Below are positions 60,701 through 64,000 of a stretch of 64,000 nt of DNA, piece by piece. Origin of the DNA: Sminthopsis crassicaudata (Eukaryota); the NCBI RefSeq assembly GCF_048593235.1, contig NC_133620.1, positions 348,306,454-348,370,453 on the forward strand. Reading direction: 5' to 3'. The notes beneath the pieces are model-generated. The model was not told the DNA's origin, did not search any database, and worked only from the letters and a program-made list of their open reading frames with translations. A program made the translations under genes and the position numbers. Positions within the stretch are counted from its first letter, which is position 1, and each line of letters begins with the position of its first letter.

Positions 60701-61644
60701 GCGAGAAAGAGGGTCAGCCACTGCAATGCTGAGAATCAGGGGCATGGACAGGGCTAAGTCTTAAGTCTCTTTCTTGAACTAACTCACAGATTGACATATA
60801 CCTTAAAAAGCTCTTCAGATGGGGTAATGGTGAATATTCAATGGAAATCAAAATTTCCCTTTTCAGTTATGATTAGTGCCTGCCTGGCACACTACTTTAC
60901 ATATGGTAGATGAACATCCTATTTGATGGTTTGAACAGTTTATGTTCTTTATGAATACCAAAAATTGTAAACAAAACTTCAAAGAATGATAGAAATTTTC
61001 CAGCTGGAAGAGATCTCATAGGTCCTTCAGTCCAACTTATTAATATTGGAGAAAATGAAGGCTAACAGGTTATCAGGTATATTCAAGACTATCACAAGTC
61101 AGTGACAATATGGTCTTCCTTACTCCAAAGCTGCTACCTGCTGAGCTCTCACACATGGTCAGGGAATAGGGTGTTTGGAGTAAATATTTTTTAGTTATGA
61201 TCACTAATCCTGATGCTTAAAAATTTAAAATAAAAACCCTCTTGATAAGATTTTTTTACAAAACAAAGTCTCAGCTGAAATTTGCAAGTACTTAAAATTT
61301 TGTCTTCCATTTTCAACTGATAAATAAAATTTTCAACTCTGAAAAGGGAAGGGGATATTTAAAATCTTTGTTTATGGAGGTACAGGCCTAATTTTATAAG
61401 AAAATATCACCATTCCCTGGGCTTTTAGGAATGAGATCTGCTTGCCATGTTGTCTTTTTAAAACCCCAGGTATAAATAAATGGAGTCAGTCAGTAGTTCC
61501 TCATGTTATAGGCCAAGATTTCCATAAGTGAAATGCCCTAGAATCAATGTAGACCCAATCTGAGTCATCAGGGACTCACTAATAGAAAGATCACTTATTG
61601 TATTGGTTGTTGGATTTAACATCCCAGAGTCTAAGGTTCATCCT

Positions 61645-61676
<32 letters not shown>

Positions 61677-63939
61677 CTGTTGTCAAGGAAAAACATAAGA
61701 TTAGAAAGCCCCTTTCCTGCAGTCAATAAGACCTGTTTGATTACTGTGTGTATGCGTGGTGCGCTTGTGTGTAAAGTGCCTTCTTGAATGAGCAGGACCT
61801 TATCCCTCTGTTGTTAATTTTACAGAATGAGAATTCTTACTAACTGTACTGGATGTTATTTCAACTGATAAAAGATAAATCTTTACAATTTCCCTGGCTT
61901 CCTTTATGATCCATCTCAAACTGTCCTTCTACATATTGAAGCCCTTTTCTTCTCAGACCTCTTTCTAGTTAAGTTACCCTGTATATGTATCTTATTTATG
62001 CATTGGCTCTCCCTTGTTAGAATGTAAGTTCCCTGAGGACTAGAATGGGTGTAGCCTTTGTTCTCTTAGTACATGTCTAGCACACAGAACATTGATTAAT
62101 AAATGCTTTCTATTTTTTTTAAATCATTATTTCTTGTCCCCATACCTTCGAACTTGACATGTGTAGTCAACTCTTAATGATCATCTTACAGACTTTTAGT
62201 CATCAGAATGTTTCAGAACTAATTTCCCCTTACCTCCCATCTATTCATTCATTCCTCTGACTGTCAATCATTGGAATAAAATTCCCCAAGAAAATGCACT
62301 TTAATGCTGGGTACCATTTTCGCTACAAAAAATATAACAATGTAGTTTAAGTTGTAATAAAAATGAACATTAGGATTTGATTCTTTGTATAACTCTTGTC
62401 CTCTCTTAAGAAAAACAAAGACAGCTGTGTTGCTTCCTGATAGAGGACAGACACAACTAAGATGCAGTAGCAACAGTTTTCCTTCCTTGTTTCAGTGCCT
62501 CACTCTTGATCTGTGTGGATTTGTAAACACCCTGAAGGCAAAAATTATGTATCCTTTTCCTTACCTTACCCTGCCAATACATACACACAAGTACCCAGGA
62601 ATGTTAAGACAATGTAATTAGTCAATATTTGTTGAACTGAACCCAATTTTAACTGCAAGTCCTCCCTAAGGTTACATCCCTTCTTCCTGCCTAATTCTCT
62701 TCAGTGACCAAGAATTGAGAAATTTCCTCTAAATTTTCCTGCCATTATAACAAACCTCCCCAACAGACTATTCCAAAATATATCCATCTGTTGCTGCATT
62801 TCCCAAATCAAGCTGATGCTCTGTGCTTATAAAAGCCCAACTGGAAGGGGAAGTGCCCCATATTTCTAATCCCCAACCACAGAGCAGCTTCCACATTCCC
62901 TAGAGAAAACAGGAAGGGGCAGAGAGAGGGCCTAATGTCAGCAAGGTACCTGAGTAGGTGTTGGCTCAGGCGTTTGGATCTGAAAGTCCTGGGAGGGCTT
63001 CTGGGGGACAGTGGGGAGGGTAGCAGAGGCCGCCTGCACTACTCGGAGGGCTTGCTGAGGGATCTGTACCACCTGCTGCTGTTCTGCCTTTGGAGGTACC
63101 ACTTGCACCTGCTGTACCATGGCAGGCTGGCCCCCTCCAGGACTCTGCACAATGAGGAGATTGTTTCCTGCCTGGATGATGTTGTCTGCTGTCGTCTCGA
63201 TCAGCACGGTCTCCACTTGTTCAGCCACTGCCACAGCAGGTTGAGAGGAGGCAGGGAGACCTTTTTTCCTCATCTTCTTGTTCGGCTTGATCAATGGAGC
63301 AGCGGGGCTCTCAGTGAGCAGCTGCGTCGGGGTGCCCGAGTCCGGGGTGCTCACGAGGTTGTTGACAGGCAGGGTAAGGGTCACATTGCCACCGCCACCC
63401 GTCAGCTTCACCACACCGCCTGGGCTCTGCAGCGGTGCTGCAGAACTGGCCTTCTGAATAGGGGCAGGCTTGATCGGAACAGGCTTGTGGCTGGAAGGGG
63501 AAGGAGTGATAATGGCTTGGTTGGTGCCAGGGATGATCTGGATCTGTGAGGTTCCAGTGAGGCTGGTGAGGTTAGGCTGGACTTGGATGGTCTGCCCACT
63601 GCCTGCTTGAATCTGAGGAACTGCTTGGTACTGAATGTTGGCACTGGACCGGGCCCCTTTGTTGATCATTGTAGGGTTCTGGATAGCAAACACCAGTTGA
63701 CCTCCCGGATAGGATGTGCCCAGTTGTGAACCTTGGACTTGGAGAATGTTTCCTTTGGAGGATAAGATCCCAAAATTGTTCTTTCCAGGGCTGAGGGGAA
63801 GTGGGGCGGGTTTGATGGGAACCAGTTTCCGCGGTGTGGGTTGAGGGGGAGCAGGAGGTGTTACAGCAGCTTCTACTGCAGGAGGACCAATTTTGCTACA
63901 TGTTGCAGCAAGAAGGGCTAAGGGTGATGGCTGGGAGTC
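57768..63939 (-). CDS. SP2: Transcription factor Sp2, partial (last five coding exons; 5' exons lie beyond the window)
   Basis: Exons on minus: 62950-63939, 60378-60690, 59078-59252, 58731-58924, 57768-57868; GT-AG and in phase. Sp box [18 protein letters not shown], Btd box [14 protein letters not shown], three C2H2 fingers, C-terminus [15 protein letters not shown]. Confidence 0.97.
61648..61676. repeat. (TA)n microsatellite
   Basis: tatatata run; similar runs near 23635-23665 and 53493-53510. Confidence 0.9.
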
Positions 63940-64000
63940 CTGCAAAGACCCAAGAGGAGAAAAGGAGTGAGAATAAAGTATTGCCCCCTTCTTCTCTCTA

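Noticed and set aside
62935-63549. 204-aa plus-strand ORF
   Set aside because: Antisense shadow of the large SP2 coding exon.
1-64000. CRISPR arrays, rRNA genes, prokaryotic operons or defence systems
   Set aside because: The sequence is intron-rich mammalian DNA; no repeat-spacer arrays or rRNA-like segments were seen.

Overview
This is eukaryotic (mammalian) genomic DNA with four N-gaps. The SINE and LINE content indicates a marsupial: WSINE1/MAR1-like CORE-SINEs, marsupial-type L1 3' ends and an OC1-like hAT MITE, the last suggesting a dasyurid. Gene order matches the human 17q21.32 block as I recall it. I could reconstruct, exon by exon with GT-AG sites and matching phases: CDK5RAP3 (minus, 14 coding exons, 506 aa); PRR15L (plus, single coding exon, 100 aa); PNPO (minus, 7 coding exons, with a 1-nt frame problem in a C7 run near the first ATG); and the last five coding exons of SP2 (minus). 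The main surprise lies between PNPO and SP2. An intact six-exon plus-strand gene (48681-54255, 515 aa) encodes a coiled coil followed by a C-terminal NACC1/2-type BEN domain, with no BTB domain. It is transcribed head-to-head with PNPO from a shared CpG-island/CCAAT promoter. As I recall, human has only the lncRNA SP2-AS1 at this position, so this may be a protein-coding gene lost in eutherians. The ~27 kb between CDK5RAP3 and PRR15L is repeat-dense (solo LTRs, L1, L2, MIR, MAR1, hAT MITEs). Family names and cross-species comparisons come from memory, not database searches. Repeat boundaries are approximate unless TSDs are cited.
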